Positions 28,401-39,600 of a stretch of 64,000 nucleotides of DNA are shown piece by piece. Position 1 is the stretch's first letter, and every line of letters begins with the position of its first letter. Origin of the DNA: a virus. The translations under genes were made by a program, and so were the position numbers. The notes below the pieces were generated by a model. The model was not told where the DNA came from. It searched no databases and saw only the letters and a list, made by a program, of their open reading frames with translations. The stretch is from positions 248-64,247 of IMG/VR virus record IMGVR_UViG_3300020472_000017; one strand, given 5' to 3'.

Positions 28401-29103
28401 AAAGAGATGCATCTTCATCAGCAGTAATAATTCTTTCTTCTACCTTTAGACCTACCTTATATGAAGGTGTAGTACCATACTGGTCTAAGATAAGGATCTG
28501 TTCTGTTACAGGAACAAAATATCCTCTAACATAGTAGATACCAGCACCAATATTAGCAGTTGAACCCCTAGAATTTGAAGCAGAGTTTAAGAGCTGTGCA
28601 ATAGGCGTTCCAGCAGCAATAGTTGTAGAGGCATAAGTAATATCACTTTCAGAAGTAAAAGTTTCACCGTCAGTGAACGTAGTCGTGACATTATCGTCTG
28701 CTTTCTGTAAATAATTTAAATAAAATGTTATCTGATTCTTAGTTGATGTTGTAGCAGAGATTGAGAACAATATTCTTGCTCGTACTCCAGAAGTGGATCC
28801 TTTAATGACCAATCCATCAAGAGCAGCTCTGTATAATTCTACATCTAAGTTAAGGTAAGTATTCTGTATAAGGACACATGGTACATCATTGTTCAATGTA
28901 ATTCCACCAGGAACTACCATGGAACCTTCTTTATACACACCCTGACCAAATGTGTCTATCTGATTTTGCAGTACACTCTGCAGAGTAGTAAGTTCTCTAG
29001 CCTGGACAGGATACCCTGGCTTAAACAATACTTTTAGGAAGCCCTTATTCTGATCAAAATCGTCGTAATAAGGAGCTATGTTCAGGTTTGTATTCTGTGC
29101 CAT
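22420..29103 (-). CDS. DUF4815-domain baseplate/virion structural protein (VrlC-like), 2227 aa
   Basis: NLNIAPYYDDFD...VLFKPGYPVQARELT N-terminus; RIKTLEYYTQLSLLE...RYKNGFIVDNF core; position directly after gp8. Confidence 0.85.
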   Translation of the reverse strand: MAQNTNLNIAPYYDDFDQNKGFLKVLFKPGYPVQARELTTLQSVLQNQIDTFGQGVYKEGSMVVPGGITLNNDVPCVLIQNTYLNLDVELYRAALDGLVIKGSTSGVRARILFSISATTSTKNQITFYLNYLQKADDNVTTTFTDGETFTSESDITYASTTIAAGTPIAQLLNSASNSRGSTANIGAGIYYVRGYFVPVTEQILILDQYGTTPSYKVGLKVEERIITADEDASLYDNAIGSTNFSAPGADRFKVNLTLVKKLPSDPNAADFIELLRTNIGKIQKKVERSDLGFINDILATRTKEESGNYYVKKFSVDARENLDDGFNNGVYAAGATTGDGNAASEDNIAIQLSGGSAYISGYRTERLSTTYKDVVKPRTFDTVTNQSITSSFGNYVFMTNQHQMPSLYETIELRDTVTSTPGTPAGTVIGKARVLNFSFESGAKNTQTTLYRANLSDTQLYTQIICTGSATWTNGRRIYGATSGATGFVQSGSGTTGYLYQVNGTFQDGEVLKVNNSGGATHGTIASSGTKNYSFSDVKSYAFNSGGGTADSVLDVKVALPGSGPILSTVSGTGAGATGTITATLSNFNTQLKVGDVVEFSNNNLPQKATVSAVTDAYNFNITSLGPHNIANGALTSPVVRTRPEVKEATNRQLLTPLGYEALKNTNNNNTQNPAGYFRTTLTNISVTSGAATVDVGSGLTIRDADDGDDFTVSVTSGTGDGDILEEGDFTTGSPSQNTQSVALSGLLGGGNGTIDVTVTVYSSNRSAKAKTTETMRILKLDKTTVSGSPNGLTTATTGNAYRIDDDRISLGTGDVFKIKAILESEDDNDPIIPNFQYTNLLGTVSVDEIISGDTSGSRARVVSTTSNYVYYLPVEDDKFTDGETITGPNATLKIVAGSNNTGSTDVTDSFDLDDGQRDQYYDYSTIVRKAGYTAPTHRLFVILDRFLTTAGINPYTVDSYPASEYKIIPDYDDVPLRDLIDFRPIVASQLTGSGSVASPWTLSATKYLDFDNRAFTGNLTGLPGVGDTTIISLQYYLGRQDKIFMSKDGVVQVVKGAPSTDPDAPDDIDDAMLLATVELKPYIFDIDDDITIVETNYKRYTFRDIQVLEDRIKTLEYYTQLSLLEGETASMEIRDTSGLSRYKNGFIVDNFASLSTSDTLHVDYRVSVDFEEGQLRPAHYTTQVPLTYGTSSTNVTQTDDVITLPYASTVLIDQPYASAVENVNPFNVFTYTGDIALYPETDNWVDTKTLSPIKGPVVEGNFMTTVREYNADQNGFSPIHWNAWKTTWTGSAITGIDRGGWRGHGKGRFQQRRTVTTTTTTTTKQTRTGIRYRVTPVIEQQSLGSRVVSVEHIQWMRSRNIQFDCKKLKPRTKFYAFFDGIAIPKKLVTPKVIGLIKDPSSDSQTNSIPFQIGETIHVKKGNGKFRFKGRVAAPNDEYAIQPLDGTDITSISDYKSNLSFVNIDTKSLADQAKGTYYGSPKINDYIVGETSGAVAKVSNKDLITDKKGNLRGSFFIDAPNVQGNLKFKTGTKLFRLSDDSTDSKVVGVSDSSGEAEFTASGILQTQQETLISVRNARVTSEDMKDARTLTSSSQAVTEETRWVDPLAQTFLVEDSNLEGGVFLTKIDIFFFTKDAEIPVSLDVRTVENGTPTQTILPFSKVIKDPEDVFTSTDASKPTTFTFQAPVYIPHRKEHAIVLTSDSNQYKVFISLLGKDAIDAAHAGEKISEQPYIGVLFKSQNASTWTPSQYEDLMFKIYRAEFTLPSTASPSRLILENAQLGEGNGGYLNLGPNSLQTTSGSDQIRVFHSNHGMQSGLNYVEMSGVTSEIAPTKVNMAAGLTTTGLSLTVDDASNFHTTIGGSAVSNSNLGFLRILGTQEDGSGDEIIAYEGIAGNVITINSAGRAYSGAAGSGTGLAHADNAVVECYNLCGIPLTLINSTHNSTTGGVVSINSPHSYNLKITNKNAGKSINSGGTNILVSQNIPWDVLTPQVQSQVEPKTSIVARVLGTSGTSCGPFPAGNTAETSFVKDTIYNDITIGEENYFPSTKVIANQLNEINRMSSAKSFTMELDISSEVSHLSPVVDLTQCAIITTSNVYNNITPTTGVGGECAGNYITKVARLEKSASGLKVMLAANTFDSSKIVVMYKLVPVGYAGNLDDLPFEFFNTTGVPDNGKLIPQNDLITFTDYEFTIEETNDFDAFQVKISLLGYNQPYIPRVKDFRAIALA

Positions 29104-30618
29104 TTAGAATTCAATTACTACTTTGAGCTCTTCGTTCTGATCAGCAGATCTTGTGATCGGAATCCTGTTATCGATATAAAGCATTTCACCTGAGTTTAAT
29201 TCAATCTCTTCATTGGCATACCCAATGACGAAAGAAAGACCCAACTCATACACAGAAACACCAATTGTAATCTGTGATAGTGGAACAGAAGATGTTCCAA
29301 ATGTCGCATCAGGAGTTGCTGTATAAGCATTTACTGATGATGTAATCTGATTAGATCCAGAGAATGCGACTATATTTCCAGAAACTACACCATCGGCAGC
29401 GTCCTGATAATATTTCAATACTTTTGTTGTAGCATTATAGGAAACTACAAATCCTTTTGCACCTGTTGTTGTCTGAGTAATAGTCTCACCAGGAGCAAAA
29501 TTGCCACTAGGAGTACCTGTACCAGACTGAGGGAAGATCATTGCCTTTACAGCAGATCTAGTATTCTGACTACACACTGTTGTAGTATTGTAATCATAAG
29601 GGTTCAATACAAGACCAACCCTTCTATAAGACAGGTCATTAGGGAAATCAACAAATGCACTAGTAGTTTCTAACTTACTAGTAAACATTAAACGATAAGA
29701 ACCTAACTCTCTTACAGCATCCGCACCATGACCGTTATTAGGCGGTAATACAACATCAAGATTTGCACCTGTACCATTACCAATATTAGTAATGAGTGCA
29801 ACATCAATAGTACCAAAACTATATCCAGCACCAGCCTGAGTTATAGTAACTGCAGAAACAGAACCAGAAACAACTGTTACTGTACAAAGTGCTTGTGTTC
29901 CACCATTAATGGACCAATCTCCACGAACAGGAACGTTGGTATAAGTACCGTTGTTATATCCAGCACCAGCTGCTTCAACAACAACTGTATCAACTGAACC
30001 TGGGTTTGCAGCGGATTTCACGAGAGTATTCGATAAAACAGGAATAAACTCAGATGTAACAAACTTTAGAATGTTGTCAGCATCAATGGTATACATGTAC
30101 TTCCAACGATAGGAGTACACACCAGGACTATCTGAAGTTTCAATGATAGTTGTCGATGTACCAGTTGGTTCTACCAAAGAAGGTCTTCCTCTTGGATAGT
30201 CTGGATCCTGACCATTGTACAAACATTTGTACACATTAAAGTCAGAGTTCATAACATAGAAGTTACTATCATAAAGACGAGAAGCACCATTAGCAGTTGT
30301 CTTAGTAGGTGCATAATCAGGCTTGTACATTGAATATGTACGACCAACTCCACCAGTTGTCTTAGTGGGGTCAACCCAATCAACCCTAGGTACTACCAAT
30401 GCAGTATCAGATATGTCAACACGCTTAAAGGCGACAGAATCCTGATAAGTATTTCTTGCATACTCAAAACTATCGATAGGTTCACCTACTGGTGGAACAT
30501 CAGATGATCCCCAAGTTTTCGCCCTACCGACGAACATATACACCTTATTCGCGCTAGTCAGAGTATTTCTGAAGCTCTCGGCAGCGTATATTCTAAATTT
30601 GTCAGTGACTAATGCCAT
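29104..30618 (-). CDS. gp8: Baseplate wedge subunit gp8, 504 aa
   Basis: YMFVGR...VPRVDW...FYVMNSDFNVYKCLYN...WKYMYTI...GEMLYIDNR motifs; synteny gp6-gp7-gp8. Confidence 0.9.
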   Translation of the reverse strand: MALVTDKFRIYAAESFRNTLTSANKVYMFVGRAKTWGSSDVPPVGEPIDSFEYARNTYQDSVAFKRVDISDTALVVPRVDWVDPTKTTGGVGRTYSMYKPDYAPTKTTANGASRLYDSNFYVMNSDFNVYKCLYNGQDPDYPRGRPSLVEPTGTSTTIIETSDSPGVYSYRWKYMYTIDADNILKFVTSEFIPVLSNTLVKSAANPGSVDTVVVEAAGAGYNNGTYTNVPVRGDWSINGGTQALCTVTVVSGSVSAVTITQAGAGYSFGTIDVALITNIGNGTGANLDVVLPPNNGHGADAVRELGSYRLMFTSKLETTSAFVDFPNDLSYRRVGLVLNPYDYNTTTVCSQNTRSAVKAMIFPQSGTGTPSGNFAPGETITQTTTGAKGFVVSYNATTKVLKYYQDAADGVVSGNIVAFSGSNQITSSVNAYTATPDATFGTSSVPLSQITIGVSVYELGLSFVIGYANEEIELNSGEMLYIDNRIPITRSADQNEELKVVIEF

Positions 30619-30638
30619 GCCTTATAAGCTTTATTGGT

Positions 30639-30646
30639 TATTTATA
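30639..30646 (-). promoter_or_regulatory. T4-type late promoter TATAAATA
   Basis: Exact match overlapping the gp7 stop codon, 20 nt before the gp8 ATG. Confidence 0.8.
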
Positions 30647-33600
30647 ATGATCTCAGACGAACTTCTGGCAGAAGCGAGACGTTTCCGCTAGTTGTGCGCG
30701 AGAATGGATATTGAACTGTGAATGTAGTTGTGTTGGTGACTGTTACCTTGTAAGTACCATCAAAACCATCACCAGTGGTGTGATCTAAGTAAAACTCCAT
30801 TCCAGTAACTAAATTGTGAGCACTTGCTGTAGTAACCGTACATGTTGTACCACTGGAAGTATATGTGCCAGTTAATATTGTATGAGCATGTGCGGTGGTT
30901 CCACCATACCCTCTACCGCCTGTTGCGACCGTAAGAGTATTTCCAGATGTGTTCTTAGCACCATATAGAATTCTTTCTACTGTCCACACACTGTTTGCAC
31001 TACTATAGAATGGGATAAGAACCTCACCTTCGTCAGGGAATCCATTCTTCTGTGAAACATCATACCAGACATTCGTTAAGTTTAAGGTAGTACCTACAGC
31101 TGTAACTGTTGTAGTCAAGTAAGCATTAGCAAGCATATTAGAATCAGAGATCAATCTGTTTCTTTGCTTCCTCTCAATATGTAGTGGATGAGTTGGGAGA
31201 ACAGTTGGGACAGTAGTGTAATTATTACCACCTTGTAGGTTAATAACACTAAGTACCTTACCACTTCCAGCTTCAATAGTTGTCTCAGCAAATGCACCTT
31301 CTCCACCCCCACCTTGGAAGAGTAGGATAGGTGGATTTTCATAATTAGATCCAGGACTGGTTATAGCAACCTGAGTAATCTTTCCATTAACTAATGTAGC
31401 ATTAAACTCAGCAGGAGTTGGTCTCAATCCAGTATATTCATAACTGTCAATAGAAGTAGAGCTGGAAACTGTCGCAATTAAACGATCTGTACCTTCACTA
31501 GCAACTTGAAGTCTATCACCAGGATCAATAGAGTTAAATGTCTTACTGACAAGAACGTCATCAGAAGATCCAGTAAAGATAAACGCAGTACATTGTGATC
31601 CTGCTCTTGGAGCTTCACTGAATTCAATAATAGATCCTCTTAAGTCATATGCAACTCCAGGTTCCTGGAATACACCATTTAAGAAGATGACCAAGTTATT
31701 TGATGCAATAACAGCAGCATTATCACTTTCCAGTGAAATTGGTTCATTATCTTGCTTCATAGTAAATGTTAACTTTGCATTATCAAAGTAAGGTGCAAGA
31801 TCATCAATTAATGACATCTTACCAAAGTAGAACCCATAGAAGTCCATACCAGGTATAGGTGCCTCATTAAAGGTTATTGTGCTACCAGTATATGTGTAAG
31901 AATCTGTACTACCCTTAACCTGTAAAGTGCTATTCAAGAATAGTAAGAAGTTATCAGATGCAGGTAGTGTCTGAGTAGAACCATCAACCTGAGCTGTGAA
32001 TGTTGTATCTGTACCATCAAAGTTTACTGTACCGACTTTAATCTGGAAGTCAGGAGCACCTGAAGCAGTTCTAGTAACACTATTAAGGTTTCCAGTTGAT
32101 CCAACATTACAAGTAATAGTTGTACCAGTTACAGCAGTAATCGGTATAGCAGTATTGTATACAGGGTCAGTTGTACGTGGATAGGTGTGTGAAGTAGCAT
32201 TACTATCCAAACTACAAGTAAATGATAGCTTATCAGCACCAATCGTAACGGTATCGGAGGTTGTAAAGGAATGAGCACCAATAGTCATTTCCAAGATACC
32301 AGTATCAGGACTATAAGTTGCAGCAGTTACATCCTTCTGGACACTACCAGCAGTTATTGTAATAGCATTAGATGAGGTTCCACCGTTATAAATGTGTGCT
32401 CCTGAACCAACTGCAGTAGTAACAATATTAAAGAGCGTTGTGATAGTAGATGCAACATCTTGACAATCATTAGTATCATAAACTGTATTTCCACTATCAT
32501 TAGTGATAGTTAGATCCCTAACTTGAGTGCCCTGAGTAAATGTATTAGTTGTAACTACAATGTTACGCATTACCTCACGACAAATATCTCTAGCATGATT
32601 AAAGACTTCAACAGTCTCACCTTCCTCTCCTTCTACATGAACAGTACCAACATAGTAGACAGCAGCATCGTAGGTAGCATCATTTCCACCAAATTCAACG
32701 TTATCTGCAACAGCATCTACAATAAGTTTTGTATCACGAATACATTTCGCATAACTTGGAACTGTGAATGATGGATTATTAACCTTCATTCTTCCATATG
32801 CAGTTGTTGCAATAAATCCAAGGTTGGTTCTAATTAAACTTCCAGCATCAGCAAGCTTATCGTAAGCATATACACCAGTAGATACAATTGCTCGTTCTAC
32901 TGCAGTTGCAGTTGCAGATACAAACGCATGTCTGTCACCTGCTTTAATAGCACCAGCATTAGAAGTAATGAATTTATGAGTATAGTTACCACCAGCAATA
33001 ACTGAATTAGCAAGTGCAGAATGGAACTTATGCTTGTATGTGCTAGTAGACTGAGCAGTATTCAGAACATCAACAAAGATAGAATCGCTTGTTGTAGAAG
33101 TAATCTCTAAAGAAGCATCATAAAATGGATCAACTTTCTTCTTAATGGGTAGGATAGTAATACTATCAGTAACTGCTCCAACAAATGTATGAACTGTTGT
33201 ATTAGTAGAAGGTGCCTTAGTTAATACCTGAATATCAAATGTATTGTAAGTAACGTTAGAAACAGGAATAGCATTACCGCTAATAGGATCCTTATGAACA
33301 ATACCATTAGCAGCTGCAGCAACTACCTTATGAGTTGTTACATTAGTAGAAGGAACTGTATCAAGAACCTTAACCTCAAAACTATTCAATCTCTTATTGA
33401 AGATCTTCAACCACTTACCACTTACAGGGTCAGTAGAGCGAGGATATGAGTGTTGTCCAGCACCTTGAGTACACTCAAGTGTTATAGCACTATCATTGAA
33501 CTTAATCCAATCACCATTACTCATACCGTGATTAGTAGTAGTCTCAATCTTAAGAATACCTGTCTCAGGATAATAATGTGAACCACCCCTCATTAGAGCA

Positions 33601-36600
33601 GCACTTGCTGTACCACCAGTCCATGTATGTGCATAAGCACCACCAGAAATAATAGCATTGGTTCCAACAGATCCAGGCTTCCATCTATGTAATGATTGAT
33701 CTGGAGATACACCAACATTTAATGTTATAGTTGTATCAGATACAGCAGTAATAGTTACTGCAGTGTCATATGCAGGGTCTGAAGAACGTGGATATGTGTG
33801 GTCAGTTCCATAATTGTCTTTAGCACACTGGAATGTTAGTGAATTTGCAGTGAATTTAACAGTTTCGCCCACAAAGAAGTCATGAGCACCAATTTCTAAC
33901 TCAAGTGAACCACCTGCAGGATCATAAGTACCATCTGTTGCAGTGTAATTAACAATAGGTGACTTACCAACAAATATAGTAGCTGTAGTTCCAGTTACTG
34001 CTGTAACTGCCATATCTTTACCGAAGTATGGATCAGTTGCTCTAGGATAAGACTTAGTAGCAGTATTTCCATCCATTGCACATGTAAACTTCAATGAATT
34101 AGGTGCAACTCTAGCTACAGAGGATGCACGACTAATACCAGTGGCAGTACATGATACAAATGTATGTGTATCATTAGTTGTTGCAGGGATCTTATCAAGA
34201 ACCTGAACATCAAATGTATCAGTTGTTGTATTGAATATTTGTATCCACTTACCACTTACAGGATCAGTTGCTCTAGGATAAGTATTTGTTCCAGAACTTA
34301 CTCCAACATTAACACTAAGAGTATCTGCAGTATTTGCAGTAATTGCTAAAGCTGTGTTATATGCAGGGTCTGTTGTACGTGGATAATAATGAGCAGTTTG
34401 ATGACTATCCTTAGTACAAGTAAATCCAATAGAATTAGCAGCAATCGTAATAGTATTGGAAGTTGTTAAGTTGTGAGCAGCAGATGTCGTTAAGTTTAAC
34501 GTTCCATTTACAGGATTGTAAGAAGCAGAAGTTATATTATGCTGAGTGGAAGTATTATCTGTAAATGCATTAGTAACAGTACCACTAACATATAGATGAG
34601 AACCAGCTCCACGATCACAAGTGAAGTTCAATGCATTGTCATCAATCTTAATCAAATCTCCATCATCCCATCCATGTCCAGCAACAGTAAGTGTCATAAC
34701 ACCTGTTGATGGAATATATGTACCAGCGGTTGCTTGATGAGTTGAAGGAGCAGTAAATGCATGAGATCCACAAGTCAATTCTGCAAGACCTGTAGCAGCA
34801 TCAAATGTACCAGTGGTTACATCATAAGAATTAGTAGGAATAGCAGCAGTAAATGTATCCTGAGAAGCTCTTGGATACTTATGAGTACCTAAACCTTGAG
34901 TACAACTGAATGAGAATGCCTCATCAGCAACTCTAATATGATCACCATTTACTAATCCATGACCTACTTGTACACATCCAGTAGTTGCATTCTGGAAGGT
35001 ATGTGTAACAGCATGACTAATAGCACCTTGTCCACCGTTAGCATTAACAGTAATTGTATTAGAAGTTACTGCTGTAATTGCAATATCAACGTTGTATAAG
35101 TAATCTGCACCATTACCAGTATTAGCACCTGTGGCACGAGGATATGTCTTAGTCTGTGTCTGACTATTGTACTCACAACTAAAGGATAATGAGTTTGCGT
35201 CTAATCTAATAGTATCCAGTGTGGTTAATGTATGAGTACCAATTTGTAGTACTAAGTCACCACTATTCCCATCATAAGTCGCAGATGAGACATTAAATCT
35301 TTCATTCTGTATAGTCATTACACCCGTAGTTGGGTCGTAATCTGCAAAATGAGGTGATAACTTACTGTTACTTACAAATGAATGAGGATCAGTGTTAGTG
35401 GAAGGTATATCATCAAGAACAGTGACATCAAAAGCATTAGTTTGGACATTAGAGATCTTTAACCATCTATCGTATGCATAATCAGTGGATCTTGGGTATT
35501 GCTTCTTAGCTGTATTACCATCAAGGTTACAAGTCATTGTTAGTGACTTCTCCTTAATCTTAATCCAGTCATTATTTACAAATCCATGAGCAGGAGATGT
35601 AATTGTCATTACACCATTGTTAGGATTGTAATCTACACCAGTAACTTCAAATCCTTCTGTAGATGTTCTAGGATAGCTTGTGACAGTTTGATGATTGTTC
35701 TTATCACAACTGAATGAAACAGCACCATCAGAAAGTTTAATACTTTGACCAGCAGATAGGTTATGAGCACCTATAACTAACTCCATAACACCCGTAGTTG
35801 GTTCGTATAAGGCGTTAGAAGGTGTATAAGTCTTAAGAGGTGTCTTACCAACGTTAACTGTAATACTATCGCTTGTAATAGCAGATACAGCAAGTGCAGA
35901 TTTATAAGCAGGATCAGATTTTCTAGGATAAGTATGCTGAGTAGCCCTCTTATCCATCTCACAAGTAAAGATTAATCCATTTTCATCAATGGTTATTGTA
36001 TCTTGTGCTACTGTGAGACAATCGGCATCAATAGATGAGAATGAGTGAGTGTAGTTACCACCACTTTGAACTGCGTTAGATGCAGTACCACCATTCCAAG
36101 TATGTGGGGTGATGTCAGTAGTCGCTCCCTGTCCACCATTTACATTGACCGTGATGGTGTCAGTAGTTGTTGCTGTAATAGCAATTGCAGTATCATAGGC
36201 ATAGTCTGCGCCTCCTGCGGCGGCTGATCCAGAAGCCCTAGGATATGTCTTATCAGTCGAATAATTGTCACCTTGATAGTTACACCTGAATGTTAATGAA
36301 TTAGCAGCGATCTTAATACTTTCGCCAGTAACTAATCCATGATCTTTAATAGTTAGTGCTAAATCACCTGTAGTTGGATTATATGTTGCATTTGTTACAT
36401 CATGGTTAACTACTAGAGATGCACCAATTTGAACATCAAATGTATTGGCCTGTACGTTGAATACCTCAACAAACTTACCACTGAAAGGATCAGTTGTTCT
36501 TGGATAAGACTTAACAGAAGTATTACCATCCATTAAGCAAGTAAGCTTAACAGCACCATCAGCAATCTTAACTCTATCTCCACTCTTAAGAGTATGACCA

Positions 36601-39600
36601 TTTAAAGTCAAAGTCATTACTCCAGTAGCAGGAACATATGCTGCACTAGTTGGAGAAAGGGTAGTTGGAGCTAATAATGGATGAGCTCCGATTGTTAATG
36701 ATAAATCACCAGTTGCTGCGTTATATGTTGAAGCAGTAGGTGTATATTCTTGTCTTATACCTGTACCAACGTTAACCTTGAAGGAATCTGTAGTTACAGA
36801 GTAAATTGTTAGGAAAGCTCCAGCAGCAGGGTCTGAAGAGCGAGGGTAAGTATGATTAGTAGCATTGTTGTCCTTAGAACAAGTAAATGTTAGTGAATTG
36901 TCAGTAAACTTGATTCTATCACCATTATCCATTCCATGAGCAGCAGCTGTTATCATCATCTCACCTGTTGCTGCGGTATAAACAACCGAAGTAGGTTGGA
37001 ACTGATAAGTACTTAATCCTTGGAAGGTATGAGTAGTAGTATTAGTTGCAGCAGTACCATTAAGTGCATTAACTGTAATAGTAGTACCAGTTACAGCATC
37101 AACAGGAATATCAGATAGATTTCCATGTGGATCTGTTGATCTTGGGTAAGTATGATTACCAGCAGCTTCAGTACAACTGAATATTAGGGCATTGTTAGCA
37201 ATTCTAATGTATGACCTAGCATGTTTAATTGCATCAGTTACAGCAGAAGAGAATGTATGAACTGTAGTATTAGTAGATGGAACAGTATCTAATACTTGTA
37301 CACTGAATGTATTAGCAGATACATCAAATATTGGGATCCACTTACTGCTAACAGGGTCAGTAGCACGAGGATATGCATGAGTACCACCACCTTGAGTACA
37401 AGTGAATACGATTGCACTATCGTCAAACTTAACCTTCTCACCATTCTGGAATCCATGATTAGCAATGGTAACAACCATTATGCCAGTCCAAGGATCGTAA
37501 GTAGCAGCAGTAGCAGTATGATCTGTAGGTGCCAACAGTGTATGTGACCCAATAGTCATCTCTAGTACACCTGTACTAGGTGCATATGCTGCTGCAGAAG
37601 GTGCGTAGTTGTTAGTTAGGGATGAACCTACCTCAGATAAACCCAAAACATCATCCTGGGTATATCCATTACCAGCCTGACTTAGTACAACATTAGTTAC
37701 CTTCTGTCCACTAACTGTAATATCAGCAGTAGCACCAGAACCAGAACCTAATCTATTCTTAAGGGGAACTCCTGTATATGTACCATCCGTATATCCATAT
37801 CCACCAGTTAATCCATTAGCTACATCAAAGGTCTTAATTTCATCTCCAATCTGATCTAACTGGAAACTACTTGTATATGATGCACGATCATAGTACATCA
37901 CAAGGATAGTGGTTCCAGAAAGTAAAGGACTATTAAAGGTTAGAATATCATTGGCAAAGGTATAATTTGCAGGATTTTGTACAATACCATTGGCAATAAC
38001 AAATAATTGATCCTTATCTGGAGTTTTGCCAAGCTTTGTGGTAAGTCCTGTACCATCACTACGCATTCTAAATTGGGTATTAGTGCCATCAACAGAGACT
38101 CTAAGTGTATGTCCAACTCCAGAACCAATAGCACTTATACCAATTGCAGGTCCACCAGGGATTTCTCTAACTTCAATAGTGTTTGCATCAACTACTTTAA
38201 CGTAATATCCACCAGCATTAGTTAATCCACCAATAGCAGTTCCAGTTCTTACTTGAGGATAGTTTCCTACATCTGGATTAGGTAATGTTGAAGGATTATC
38301 AATACCATCAGCAATAATCTTTGCAAGTGTTGTAATGGCACTTGTGACAGTTGCACAACCGTCTGAAGGTGCAGTAATACTTAAATCTTTTATAGGAGCT
38401 AACGTAGTATATGTACCAATAGGTAGGTTGTTGACTACAGCAAGGTTACATAAGTCTCTTGCCTTATTAAATGCAAATATAGTTTCAGTCTCTTCCCCAA
38501 CAACATGCTTAAGGTAATTTGATGGGTTAGTTCTAGTTACGGAAGCAAGGCTATTAGAAGAAAGAGCAGTAGTAATAATGTCAAAGAGAGTGTCCATTGC
38601 AGAAGAGACACTAGCACATGTAGCAGCAATGTAAGTAGGTGAAGTATTAGTGACTTGAGTAAGACCGTGATTTCCTTGAACAGTGATTGCCTCATTAATG
38701 ATTACCTTAGCAGCCAGTTCCTTACACTTATTGAAACACCATATCGCTTGTGTCTCTTCACCATCAACAGGAGCAGGATTAGAGTATACGCCATCAACAT
38801 AGAAGTTTCCAGCATCCCATGTCTCACTATTGCCACCATAACGCAAGTTATATGCAATAGCTTCCATTGCATCAACTAAGTCATCAATACAATTATCATT
38901 ATGACCTGGAATACCTGGATAACCACTTGGAACACCTACAGTAGGATCTAATAACATCAAATACACTGCTTCTTCAGCAATGAACTTCATGTTGTCCTTA
39001 ATTAGGTTAGCAGCATCAATATGAGCATTACTTAGTGAAACTACTCCACCAACATATGCATTAGTAGCATCTAATGTGAACCAGTTACCACCATACCTTA
39101 AGTCATTTGCCCAAGCAGCTAATACTAGTCTTATATCTCTAGCACATGTAGTTGAGTTGTATGTAAGACTTGGATATGAAGCATTTAGTGATCCAATTGT
39201 CTCTTCAATGATATAATCAATGTTTGAGATGATTAAATCTCTAGCATCTTGGAATCTATCTCCACCAGCGTTATAAACCATACGCTGATTGTCAACTAAT
39301 CCATGATTAGTTAATGTAATTTGATTATTAGCAGTACTTACTATACTTGAGGATGATCCATCAAATGTAATAGACTTATCACTAACATCATCTATCTTAT
39401 AAGAAATACAAGATAATATCTTCTGAATATCTAATAACTGTCTACCATAAACCTGAACCTCAGTTGGAACTGCAGCTGTATAATCTGCTTTACCTAAAGC
39501 AAAGTTCTGAATCTGAGAAAGTTTACCAGTTGCCTTTGCAGATGGCTTAGGAATTACGTAAGTAGTACCATTAAAGGTAGTTCCTAGACTATTAGTTCCA

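Noticed and set aside
8500-32400. Similar DNA blocks at 8723-8790 and 32323-32390 as a template/variable pair of a diversity-generating retroelement
   Set aside because: Differences are mostly synonymous third-position changes and not adenine-specific; both copies are coding; no reverse transcriptase occurs in the window.
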